From: Felis catus
Lineage: Eukaryota
Length of the DNA stretch: 64,000 nt
Assembly (NCBI RefSeq): GCF_018350175.1
Contig: NC_058373.1
Span: 107,014,001 to 107,078,000, forward strand
Direction of reading: 5' to 3'
Shown: piece by piece, positions 1 to 11,728 of the stretch
Position numbering within the stretch: position 1 is the first letter of the stretch
How the letters are laid out: each line of letters opens with the position of its first letter
Position numbers and translations under genes: made by a program
The notes under the pieces: generated by a model
The model's input: the letters and a program-made list of their open reading frames with translations, nothing else
Told to the model about the DNA's origin: nothing
Databases searched by the model: none

Positions 1-119
1 TTAATATATTTATAACACACACACACACATACACACCCATGTTCTAAATGCAATACATTCATTATCTCATTTAATGCAAGCAAATATTTAATTTATACTA
101 TTAAAAAGGAAATACCTAC

Positions 120-196
120 CTGCATGTTGTTTCCTTTCTGCCTAAAGTCAATATTGGCAAGCTTTGACTGTTTCACAGAACTTTCTTCTTTTTTAT
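120..196 (-). CDS. C14orf39: SIX6OS1/C14orf39 coding exon 10 of the window (gene continues beyond left edge)
   Basis: 77 nt, cctag|ATAAAA...ATGCAG|gtaggt. Encodes (D)KKEESSVKQSKLANIDFRQKGNNMQ, matching recalled human SIX6OS1; phase fits the previous exon. Confidence 0.9.
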
Positions 197-896
197 CTAG
201 GTTATTAAATTGCACAACTTCAAATGAATTTCAGAGATAGAATCAAATATTATGCCCAAAATTCAACATAAACTTGTAATTAAAAAAATCAAGTTACATG
301 AAGATTTAATTTAAATTATAGAAGTGTGTGGAATTCCTGCAAACCTTTTAATTCCTCACTATATAAACTATCATAACAAGCATGAGTGTAAAATGAAAAC
401 CAGCTTACAAAACTACATCTTTATAATGAGGAACCAAATAAGACTGAGGGAAAAAGAACAGCTAGTGCAGTTAATCTAATACAATGTAGTTAATCTAATC
501 TGCAGATCCACTGAATGAAACACGATTCAAATATCTCAGTGACTAGGTCACAAATATCATTAATACAAGTCAGCTACCCACTTTAATTACATACACTAAT
601 AACACAACACCTCAAATGAAAAATTATTATTCATCCTCCTCTGGCAGCTGTGTGACCCAACCAGAACACTTGTTTTAATATTATGCGGATGATTTCTCTC
701 TCAAAGAGAAAAAAGTTAGGGATAGAAGGCATATTGTTCACTCTCAGAAAGAATCAAAGTGATACTTTCTGAGTCTATTGGTCTCTAGTATTGTTTGTTC
801 TTGCTTACACCAAATGATAACAAAATTTGCTTCTGCCTTTTCTTCTATGTGTTTACAAAGAAAACTAAGTTTTTAAATAATTAACAGATACTGTAC

Positions 897-1027
897 CTAC
901 AACTCTTGCCTCTGAAGAATGCATTTTCATTGGTCTGACTTTCTCAGATTCATATGGAAGAAATAATCGACTGTTTTGAGGGGCTTTATTCAATATAAGT
1001 ACATGTTGTTCATCTTTTTCAAAAATT
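897..1027 (-). CDS. C14orf39: SIX6OS1 coding exon 9
   Basis: 131 nt, ttcag|AATTTT...GTTGTAG|gtacag. Encodes (R)IFEKDEQHVLILNKAPQNSRLFLPYESEKVRPMKMHSSEARVV. Confidence 0.92.
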
Positions 1028-1260
1028 CTGAAGGGTAAATTACATTAAATATTTAGTAAGTAAAAAATTAACATATTTTAAATCTAGAAGAGACTTATAT
1101 ACTATATAAATTCATTTTGCAGATAGTAAAACTGAGTTTCAGAACATTTAAAATATCTGCCCAATAAAATTATTTACTGGTGTCACAGCTAAAACACACT
1201 TTTCCAGATTAAGTCCAGTGCTCTTCTCAGTATACCACACTCTCATTTTAAAACATAATC

Positions 1261-1778
1261 AATTTACTCAAGGGATACAGGAGTGCTGATGCATAGGGAC
1301 ACTTGTACCCCAATGTTGATAGCAGCACTTTCAACAATAGCCAAATTATGGAAAGAGCCTAAATGTCCATCAACTGATGAATGGATAAAGAAATTGTAGT
1401 TTATATACACAATGGAATACTACTTGGCAATGAGAAAGAATGAAATATGGCCTTTTGTAGCAACGTGGATGGAACTGGAGAGTGTTATGCTAAGTGAAAT
1501 AAGTCATACAAAGACAGATACCATATGTTTTCACTCTTATGTGGATCCTGAGAAACTTAACAGAAGACCATGGGGGAGGAGAAGGAAAAAAAAAGTTAGA
1601 GGGAGAGAGCCAAACCATAAGAGACTCTTAAAAACTGAGAATAAACTGAGGGTTGATGGGGGATGAGAAGGAGGGGAAAGTGGGTGATGGGTATTGAGGA
1701 GGGCACCTTTTGGGATGAGAACTGGGTGTTGTATGGAAACCAATTTGACAATAAATTTCATATTAAAAAAATAAAATA
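1261..1778 (+). mobile_element. Felid L1 3' fragment
   Basis: ORF2 C-terminal remnant (KNEIWPFVATWMELESVMLSEIS), G-rich 3'UTR, A-tail. Confidence 0.88.
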
Positions 1779-2636
1779 TAATAATTTTAGGAGAATTTCT
1801 AAACATGTTAAAAAATTTCTAAACAAAACTTTATCCACAAATAACATGCTACAGATTTCAGAGTACTTCAAACTTTAAAAATAATTATTCAGAAACAATT
1901 CAGCTACATGAATCCAGAAACCACTAAAGCAATAACACAAATCATAAATGGGTCTTTTTAGTTTTTTACTTAAAATTTTACTTAAGTTTTTTACTCATTG
2001 AATTTTTCCTAAAGAAATAATTTTAATTAGTTTTAGTTAAATAATTTAAATGATGTTATTTATAATAACTATGAAATAGATATTGAGTAAAAATGACTAA
2101 ACAGTTACATAAATTCCTCTCAATATAGAGGATTTTTACAGTACTAAAAAGTCATGAAGTGAAATTCTATACATGTACTTATTTCCTACTCAATTTCTTT
2201 GGAGAATTAAAGACAACATTATTATGTTTGTAAGAAGTGGGAGAGGGGAATCAAGAAAATTAATAGATCCAAGGAAGTGGGATCAGAGAAATTAACTTTG
2301 GAGAGGAAATGTGCTGAAACATCAGGACAAGAGTAATGGAGCCTACTAAGGAGATGAATTTAAAAAGAATAAAAAAGCATTCGGGCAAAAACAGAAAAGG
2401 TAGAAATTTTATCAGACACAGCAACAGTAATACATCTATTTTTCTGTCACACAGTAACAGGTAAAATCTAACTTTTTTTTTGAATGCCTCCATCACTGAT
2501 GTCTGCTTTATCACCATAAGGATGAAAAGCAAGGAAACATATGATGCCACAGATTCAGTAGCATTTTGATTCATCTTCACTCTCTGTGGCAAAAGAACGG
2601 TCAAGCTGGTGACAGAGTGAAAAAAAGGTAAATACA

Positions 2637-2836
2637 GGGGTGCCTGGGTGGCTCAGTTGGTTGGGCATCCAGCTCTTGTTTTCAGCTCAGGTCATGATCT
2701 CATGGTTTTAGGGACAGAGTCCCATGTTGGGCTCTGCACTGATAACACACAGCCTGCTTGGGATTCTTTCTGTTCTCTCGCCGCCCCTCCCCCACTGGCT
2801 CACGCATGCTCAGTTCTCTCTCAGAATAAATAAATA
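2637..2836 (+). mobile_element. Can-SINE (SINEC)
   Basis: ggggtgcctgggtggctcag head, CT-rich body, AATAAA tail. Confidence 0.9.
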
Positions 2837-2861
2837 ACCATTTTTTATGGTTAATAAATAA

Positions 2862-3096
2862 AAAGTTTTAAATGGTTGTTATGGGGGGGGGGGGGAGAGG
2901 GAGGGAGAGAGAGAGAGAGAGAGAGCACACAAAAAGAGAGAGGCAGAGAGAGAGGGGGAGACCCAGAATCCAAAGCAGGCTCTAGGCTCTGAGTTGTCAG
3001 CACAGAGCCCCACATGGGGCTCGAACTCACACGAACTGGGAGATCATAACCTGAGCTAAAGTCAGACGCTTAACTGAATGAGCCACCAGGCTCCCC
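2862..3096 (-). mobile_element. Can-SINE inserted antisense into the tail of the previous SINE
   Basis: (GA)n, cagcacagagccc, ends gagccaccaggctcccc. Confidence 0.88.
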
Positions 3097-3476
3097 TGTA
3101 AATAAATAAACATTTTTTAAAAAGTTAAATATAATGCTGCTCCCACTATTATTCCTTTGTTTTACTCCTACTGGTGACCCATCATGGAAAACTGGATAAA
3201 AGGTAGCTTATAAAACAGCAAATGTGCTGCTGCTGCCTTACTTCTCTCTATACATTATCCTTGGCCTTACTAAATAACAAGCATATTTTAATGTTAGTCT
3301 ACAATATTTAAGGGTATAAATTAATATTTTTCATAATAAATAAGCAGAAAATAGCCTGCACAAAAATGTATATAGATACTGTGTGAATATTAGTGGCTTG
3401 GGATAGAATATGGAATCAAATGTTTAGATGCAGAATAACCATTCACATAAAATCCCATTTTAAGGATTACCTATAC

Positions 3477-3562
3477 CTTTCTTTCAATTCCTTTCTCTTT
3501 TCCTTATTTTTTTCTTCCAGAGTTTCTGCAAGATTCTTAGTTTCATGAAGTCTTGCAATCTG
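3477..3562 (-). CDS. C14orf39: SIX6OS1 coding exon 8
   Basis: 86 nt, tttttag|CAGATT...GAAAG|gtatag. Encodes QIARLHETKNLAETLEEKNKEKRKELKE. Confidence 0.9.
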
Positions 3563-4487
3563 CTAAAAAGAAAAATGACAAAGCAGAACAAAGTAAGTAC
3601 CAAGGAACACATGCTTTATCTTAATAAATATGATTTTTTCTATATAATTACAGGATTTATGTTTTTGTAGTATTAGCTATATTTAGTAAAAGTTGCTAAA
3701 ACCAGGTCAAAATTAACAATAAATCATACTCCTTTAATTTTTCCTTACAATTTCATTAGCCAACCTAGATTCAATGAACTTCCATCTTCTTTTTTAAAGA
3801 CTATGATCAGAAGCAAAGCAGACATCAATTCCCCGTAAACAGACCTAGTTATCATACATTTTAAAGGAAGTAGCATCTACTTTGTTCTTACTACTAACAT
3901 GACTTTACTGTTATTTGGAACCTAATACCTATGAATGGTAAATGTATCTTCTTTAACACAATTTTCAAAAAATTCAGAAAATTAGCTATTCTATTTTTTT
4001 CTCAGAATCTGGAAGTAACTTTGATAGGTTCTCAGTCAATGAAAGCCATTTCAATAGATGACATTAAAAATGTATTCAAGAAATTATGCACCATCAATCT
4101 TTAAGTCTAAACTAGTTCTAGCCTAGCTCTATACAGATTATAGTCATAAATTTTCAAGATTAAGTTCTTAAAACCATTTATTGTCTTGTTTTCTTTGCTG
4201 ACAACACTGTTGTAGTGAGTGTCTTTAAATTCCTGTTATTAAGCTACATCTTGCTCTTTACTCATCTTTTTTCAGCTGCCAAAGAAAATTAAACCATTCC
4301 CTAAAACTTAAAATTAAATATACTTACTACCTAAAACATATTTTTGGATCCAAAGATAATCTGAGGCAAATAAATTATCATAAGCCATTCTCCATATTTA
4401 GGCTTTTTGGAAATAGCTCTTCTAAGACTAAATATACCATTATACATATACCTTAAATATATTAGAAATATATTACAAAATATATAC

Positions 4488-4608
4488 CTGGTTTAAATAA
4501 TTAATTTCTATTTCCACTTCATCTACTTCTTTCTTCAATTCAGATGAACTTTTGGAAAAACTTCTGGCATGTTTAAGAATATTTTGTGTTTTACATCTCA
4601 CATTAACC
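4488..4608 (-). CDS. C14orf39: SIX6OS1 coding exon 7
   Basis: 121 nt, ttccttaatataaaag|GGTTAAT...AACCAG|gtatat. Encodes (M)VNVRCKTQNILKHARSFSKSSSELKKEVDEVEIEINYLNQ. Confidence 0.9.
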
Positions 4609-5869
4609 CTTTTATATTAAGGAACGATGTTATGCAAGTAAAATTGACATTTATAACATATGTACCATATCAGAAATAGTTAACATTATGTCACATTATT
4701 TATAAAATTTTCCATATAAGCAGTAAGCAATATTAAAAACAGTGCCTGAAAACAGGTAATGCTAACATGAACATTTGGCAAACTGACAAAGATAACTTGT
4801 TGCTTACCTATATTATATAATGAACTTAAAAACATTTCACCTAAAATATGTTAGAATTTTTTTTCACTTAAATATTTCACATGGGGTTTTTTTGCTTTTG
4901 TTTTTTTACCTAAGTTCATCAAGTTATTTGGTATAACTAAAAATATGTAATCAATTCAGGTCCAAATTTAACTTCTTGTGTTTCCATTATTTATTTGTTC
5001 CAAAATCAATATTTAAAAATCTACCCAATTTCCCTTTTCTTGTTCTGTAAGGTTCATCAGTGCAGCCTGCAGGACTCAGAAAACAGCAAGATCTTCCATC
5101 TGGACTTTCTGCTTGAACTGAAGTTACACCAATTTCAAGTAGAGAATTTCTCAGCTGTTAACAGACATCCTGCACAGTTATTAATCACTACGACTTCCTA
5201 AGTTACTCTATAATCCATTTAGGGGAATTTAAAAATAAAATAGTTATAGTGAACAAGAACTCCAGAGAAAATCTATTTAAGATGGAATATCTCCTTCTCT
5301 GCCCTAAAATATATAATTTATATGCTGGAACATAAAATTTCACATGAATATTATTTATGCTATATTGTTATAAAAGTATCAATTAAATTTTAAATATAGA
5401 CATTTAAATCTAATCTTCAATTCTCCCTACCTTCATCACCTGTTCTTGTTTCTCATATAATCTTGTAACTCATCCCTTCCTACATCCAACCCCCTAATCC
5501 CCGCTATACCTCATGCATCAATGAACCTCTGCCTCTTCCCATTGAGAAGTTACAACACAGGCAGCAAATGAACAACTATGCTGTTTACAGTTGTTTATAA
5601 GCTAAAACCTAAACATGAAGACAGCAAGCAACAAAGGAGTTAAAAGATGATTTAGGATGAAGCAGAATGAAGCAAGGTAGAATGCAGGGATAAAGAAGAC
5701 TTAGTACAAACAGTGGAGTTATAATCTAATAGGAAAGCATATGAAGGATTGCAGAGGTTGGAAGAGGATTAAAGTTCTAAGTTCATCATCAGGGAAGATC
5801 ACCTTGACAAACAGATGAGACTTAGACCAATTAAGAATTACTTAATCATCTAATACAATGCCACTGTAT

Positions 5870-5995
5870 TAGAATTATTTGTTTACATGTCTGTCTCCCT
5901 TACTAAACTGTGAGCTCCCTGCAAGAAAGCTCTGTATCTTCTTGAGGATTGCCTGGCACAAGGTAGTCCCCCAATGAATTTCTATAGATGAGTAA
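5870..5995 (+). mobile_element. L2 3' end fragment
   Basis: tgtctgtctccc...ctgtgagctcc...gcctggcaca motif series. Confidence 0.6.
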
Positions 5996-6346
5996 ATAAT
6001 TGTGATTACCACCTTCCATTCTAACAAGTAATAACCAATTGATTTAATTGGAATTCTTTCTTTGGTAAGACAGAGCAAGAAGACTTCTTCATTGGTTTGG
6101 TTGCTAAGATACACCACTTAAAGCAGTCATCACTTTATTCTCATTAAAACTGCTTGCTTCTGATCACATGTATATAAATATGAAAACTAACCCCAGCTGA
6201 CCTGTAAAGTAACTTCTCTATTTTTTTTAATTAAACAAGCAAAAAACTCCTAATCCATGTGATACTTACCAAGGAATCACAATGACAAAATACAGAAAAA
6301 AACACTTATCTACAAAAATTCTAGGTAGAAGTACTTTTGTGGATAC

Positions 6347-6389
6347 ATATGTAATGTCCATTTAGTAAGTGATGGAAAAGGAGCAGGTA
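6347..6389 (-). CDS. C14orf39: SIX6OS1 coding exon 6
   Basis: 43 nt, tttttcag|TACCTG...ACATAT|gtatcc. Encodes (V)PAPFPSLTKWTLH. Confidence 0.92.
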
Positions 6390-6474
6390 CTGAAAAACAA
6401 AATCATATTTTAGTCTAATTCATTATTCATTACAAAGATACAATTATTAAACAATATATAAAAAATGTTAATAC

Positions 6475-6662
6475 CTAGAAGTTCCATAAAGATAGCTTCA
6501 TTCATTTTTAGTTGTTCAGTACATGCCAACACTCTATTTTGAATTTCTTCATGTTCTTTTTTCTTCTCATAATATACATGTGAAAGAGGTGTTTCTGAGT
6601 ATTTTAGTTGATATTGCTTCAAAACATCTTTATACTGACATACATAATCATGATACATTTTT
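6475..6662 (-). CDS. C14orf39: SIX6OS1 coding exon 5
   Basis: 188 nt, aacag|AAAAATG...CTTCTAG|gtatta. Encodes KMYHDYVCQYKDVLKQYQLKYSETP...NEAIFMELL (part of ORF 6410..6658). Confidence 0.95.
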
Positions 6663-7385
6663 CTGTTAAAATTTTAAAAAATGATGTCAATATAAAAACA
6701 GTATATCTAGAAACTTTCTAAGTATCACTTGTTAAAGTCTACTAAACTAAGTATAAATGGCAAGTCAAATACCTACTTATCTGTTTCCCTCAATACTGTT
6801 TGCCCTTCAAACTTTCCTTAACTCCATCACACTTTTCAAGTCTTTACTTTCCCACTACCTGAGTTATTCATTCCTTAATCCTCTTCCATTTAACTTTTAT
6901 TCTCACCATTCCAAAGAAACTAGCCTTCACAAGGTCACCAATGATCTAACTGTCCAACTCAGTGATCTCTTTTTTTTCTCATCCTAAGACAGTGCAGAAC
7001 CTTTTTTTTTTTTTAGTTTTTATTTAAATTCTAGTTAACATAGTCTAATATTAGTTTCAGGTGTACAATTTAGTGATTCAACACTTACATACAACACCTG
7101 GTGCTCATCACAAGTGCACTCCTTAATCTCCATCACCTATTTAACCCATCCCCCACCCACCTCTCCTCTGGTAAACATTAGTTTGTTCTCTACAGTTAAG
7201 AGTCTGTTTCTTATTTGCCTCTTTTTTCTCCCTATGGTCATTTGTTTTGTTTCTTAAATTCCACATAGGAGTGAAATCATATGGCATTTGCTTTTCTCTG
7301 ACTTACTTTGCTTAGCATGATACTCTCTAGTTTCATCCATGTCATTGCAAATGGCAAGATTTCATTTTTTTATGCCTAATGTTCC

Positions 7386-7439
<54 letters not shown>

Positions 7440-7797
7440 CCACATCTTCTTTATCCATTCATCAGTCAGTGAACACTTGGGCTGTTTCCATAATTTGGCT
7501 ATTGTAGGTAATGTTTGCTATAAACATTGGGGTGCATGTATCCCTTCAAATTAGTGTTTTTGTATTCTCTTGGTAAATACCTAGTAGTACAACTGCTGGC
7601 TCATAAGACAGTTCTATTTTTAACTTTATGAGGAACCTCCATACCGTTTTCCAGAGTAGCTGCACCAGTTTGCATTTCCACCAACCAGTGCAGGAGCGTT
7701 TCCCTTTCTCCACATCCTTGCCAATACCTGTTGTTTCTTGTGTTGTTGGTATTTGGGATTTCATCAAAAGATATTTGAGACTTCATCAAAGTTAAAA

Positions 7798-8005
7798 TTT
7801 TTTTTTAATGTTTATTTATTCTTGAGACAGAGACAGAGCATGAACAGGGGAGGGGCAGAGAGAGAGGGAAACACAGAATCTGAAACAGGCTCCAGGCTCT
7901 GAGCTGTCAGCACAGAGCCCGACATGGGGCTCAAACCCACGAACTGTGAAATCATGACCTGAGACGAAGTCGGACGCCCAACCGACTGAGCCACCCAGAT
8001 GCCCC
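7798..8005 (-). mobile_element. Felid SINEC
   Basis: Full body; TSD agacttcatcaaa(g/a)ttaaaa. Confidence 0.92.
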
Positions 8006-8072
8006 AAGACTTCATCAAAATTAAAACCTTCTTCAGTGAAGGAAACAATCAATAAAACTAAAAGGCAATTTA

Positions 8073-8288
8073 GGGGCGCCTGGGTGGCGCAGTCGGTTAA
8101 GCGTCCGACTTCAGCCAGGTCACGATCTCGCGGTCCGGGAGTTCGAGCCCCGTGTCAGGCTCTGGGCTGATGGCTCAGAGCCTGGAGCCTGTTTCCGATT
8201 CTGTGTCTCCCTCTCTCTCTGCCCCTCCCCCGTTCATGCTCTGTCTCTCTCTGTCCCAAAAATAAATAAACGTTGAAAAAAAAATTTT
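8073..8288 (+). mobile_element. Young felid SINEC
   Basis: CpG-intact body; TSD aaaggcaattta. Confidence 0.95.
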
Positions 8289-8882
8289 AAAGGCAATTTA
8301 TAGAATGGCAGAAGATATTTACAAATGACATATCTGATAAAGGGTTAGTATCTAAAATATATAAAGAACTTATAAAACTCAACACCCTAAAATGAATGAT
8401 CCAATTAAAAACTGGCAGAAGACATGAATAAACATTTTTCCAAAGAAGATAAACAGATGGCCAACAGACACAGGAAAAAGTGCTCAACAACACTCATCAT
8501 CAGGGAAATGCAAATCAAAACTACAATGAGAACCTGGTTCTTCTGATGACTTCCTGATCTCTATCCTCCCTGAGTTTTCAGTTGTTATTGTCCCCAGTCC
8601 ATCTACCTCTAAAACTATATGTTCTAAATCCTCAACTCTCTAAGCTAACATTATACAGGAAGTCATGTTTTATGTTAGAACTCTAGGTTCACAATCATTC
8701 TTATATACTCCATATCTGTTTTATGAAGGAAATTTCAGCACTGTTTGGAGGAGCTCCTCCAGTCTAAATCAGGTAGAGGTGGATTGGTCATCTATGTAGA
8801 CACAAGTCTTAAGTGGGATAGTTAATTCTTGCAAAAGGATATTAACTCTTCCTTCTCATTTGACTTTTGCTTGATCTACAAT

Positions 8883-9435
8883 AGGGGTCAGTTACTATGA
8901 CCTATGGGCCAAATCTAACCTGTCACTTGTTTTTGTATGGCCTGTGAGCTAAGAATAACTTCTGAATTTTAAAATTACTGAAAAACAAAATAATAGTATT
9001 TCATGACACATTAAAATTATATGAAATTCAAGCTGTAATGTCCATAAATAAAGTTTTATTAGAACACAGCCATTCATTTTGTATTGTCTAAAGTTGTTCT
9101 TGCATCACAACAGTAAGGTTGAGTATCAACAGAGACTTAGTATAACCCACAAAGCCTAAAATATTTACTATCTGGCTCTTTATAAAAAAAAAAGTTTGCT
9201 GGGGCGCCTGGGTGGCTCAGTCGGTTGAGCGTCCAACTTCAGCTCAGGTCACGATCTCGCGGTCCGTGAGTTCGAGCCCTGCATTGGGCTCTGGGCTGAT
9301 GGCTCGGAACCTGGAGCCTGCTTCCGATTCTGTGTCTCCCTCTCTCTCTGTCCCTTCCCCGTTCATGCTCTGTCTCTCTCTGTCTCAAAAATAAACTTAA
9401 AAAAATAAATAAATAAAAAAGTTTGCTAATCCTAA
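8883..9435 (+). mobile_element. MER58-like hAT DNA transposon (split by a SINE)
   Basis: aggggtcag...gggccaaatct...gagctaagaat...gcctaaaatatttactatctggc...aaagtttgct. Confidence 0.75.
9201..9415 (+). mobile_element. Felid SINEC
   Basis: TSD aaaaaagtttgct. Confidence 0.93.
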
Positions 9436-9780
9436 TCTACAACAATGAAAATGTTCAATCCAGGTTTATCATAGGAAATATATTCTTTAGATTCTTTCTA
9501 CCCAATTCTTAAGTTTCAAGAAAGAACATGCATTGAAAATTTTCTAAAAATATATAGTCCTTATGTTCCTCAAAATTTTGTAAATTTTCTAAATCAAAAC
9601 ATTCTATATGGGGGAATTTATTTAAAGATACTATGATTATCTCATCTTAACAGATGAGAAAAGAACAGTATTCATAAATGCTTGTATACTGAGAAAAAAA
9701 AGTAAGGATAACAGCATTGTACTGATCAGCAGATCTGAATCTCCTCATGTTTTAATTTTTTAATATACTAAATAAACTCT

Positions 9781-9975
9781 GGGGGCACCTGGGTAGCTCA
9801 GTCGGTTAAGCATCTGACTTTGGCTCAGGTCATGATCTCACAGTTTGTGAGTTTGAGCACCATGTCAGGCTCTCTGCTGTCAGGACGGAGCCCACTTCAG
9901 ATCCTCTGTCCCCCTCTCTTTCTACCCCTCCCCCACTTGTTCTCTATCAAAATAAATTAAATTAAAAAAAATATA
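9781..9975 (+). mobile_element. Can-SINE
   Basis: Typical head, body and tail. Confidence 0.9.
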
Positions 9976-10076
9976 TATATATACACTAAACTCTGTCCCC
10001 TTTAGCAAGATAAAGCAGTTGAGCCCCAAAACTCCTATTCCTCTAAATGCCTATTTGCTAATTAATCCCTCACTTC

Positions 10077-10276
10077 TTTTTAAAAAAAATTTGTTTTTGA
10101 GAGACAGAGATAGAGTGCAAGTAGAGGAGGGGCAGAGAGAGAGGGAGACACAGAATCCGAAGCAGGCTCCAGGCTCTGAGCTGTCAGCACAGAGCCCAAT
10201 GCGGGGCTCGAACTCACAAACTGCAAGATCATGACCTGAGCTGAAGGTCACCTAGGCTGAGGCACCTAGGCACCCC
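10077..10276 (-). mobile_element. Felid SINEC
   Basis: TSD taatccctcacttctt. Confidence 0.92.
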
Positions 10277-11004
10277 TAATCCCTCACTTCTTGGGAAAAT
10301 GGCCCAGGGAAGAGGGAAATACCTATAGAAAACTGAATTGGAGTGGCCAGTTTCAGATGAAATTAGCATTCCACATTTACCCTATTCATGTTGTATATTC
10401 ATGCCCACTGTTCTTATATACTCCATACAGGGACTTTAGCAGAGACCAGCATAGCAAAATCATGATTCAAGAAGAGCCCTGACTATCTCATCTGCTGACA
10501 ATAGTAGTCTTAATGAATGTCTAGAATGGAAGATTAGGAGAAACAAGAAGCTGGTTCCTCTATTTCCTTCAGCATCCATGATACCAACAAATGGAGTCAT
10601 TTCCTTTTATAAGCATCTGGTATTGAGTCATCAATTCAATCAACCTATGTGGTTGGTTTAAGAAAGAAATACTTGTTTCCACTATTAAAATGACTACTCT
10701 GGCTACCTAAGAGAAGTCATCCACAACAAACACTATCATCAGCTAGGTACACTTTTGAACTGCTTTGTTCTAGCCTCTCAAAGAAGCATTTTTAATAATG
10801 TTTTATAGCCATGACTTGCATTGAGAGATGTTCTAAGAAGTAATATATATTTTGTTTATTTTGGGGAGGTCACTGAAGATACTACCACACTGTACAATTA
10901 TCCTTTAATGAGAACTCAGGCGAGAAATTTCTCTCAAATCTCATTACCAGGAAAAACTTCTGCTTATCCTTAACAATTGAACTGTTTTTTAAATGAATAC
11001 TCTG

Positions 11005-11229
11005 GGGGCGCCTGGGTGGCGCAGTTGGTTAAGCGTCCGACTTCAGCCAGGTCACGGTCTCGCGGTCCGTGAGTTCGAGCCCCGCGTCAGGCTCTGGGCT
11101 GATGGCTCAGAGCCTGGAGCCTGTTTCCGATTCTGTGTCTCCCTCTCTCTCTGCCCCTCGCCCGTTCATGCTCTGTCTCTCTCTGTCCCAAAAATAAATA
11201 AACGTTGAAAAAAAATTAAAAAAAAAAAT
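11005..11229 (+). mobile_element. Young felid SINEC
   Basis: TSD aaatgaatactctg (10991-11004, 11230-11243). Confidence 0.95.
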
Positions 11230-11728
11230 AAATGAATACTCTGAATCCCAAAATGATCACATTTCCATAATGCCTGACTACTAGGAATTCCAGAACCTAA
11301 TCTGTATCTATATTTAACAAATGTACAAGGCCATGTAATATGAATTTCTATTCTAATCAAATGCTTCATCTTCTTACATTATCCTTATATTCCTATAGCC
11401 TTAATTTTTATATTTAGTTTTCTTTTAACACTATGGCATTATACAAATTATCTCAAATCCTTTTTAGATTGAAGCAGGGTCTAAAAATTAAAAAGTAACA
11501 GTCTCTTTCACTAATTTCACCCTTTACCTATTCCTTGGATGACTGTATACTCTAGCTTTCTTTCCTTTTTGCTCTATTCATTTCCATGGACAATCTTACC
11601 TATTTCCATGATTTCAAATGCCAACAAAGTCCAAATCTATTACTTTAGTTGTTATCTTAAGACCTATCTTTGAATATAAAGGGTATTGCAGTCTATATTT
11701 AGTATGTTTTTAATTAAAATATAAAAAT

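Larger units (their letters stand above)
7003..8530 (-). mobile_element. Carnivore L1 with inverted 5' portion, hosting two SINEs
   Basis: 7003-~7760 is a minus-strand L1 3' end (poly T, TG repeat); ~7765-8530 is plus-strand upstream ORF2 sequence. Confidence 0.8.

Noticed and set aside
2260..2620. 114-aa minus-strand ORF and coding-like texture
   Set aside because: No recognisable protein and not needed for SIX6OS1 frame continuity; may be an old repeat I cannot assign.
10400..10980. Unassigned intronic stretch with possible coding remnant
   Set aside because: No motif, ORF or splice structure I can support.
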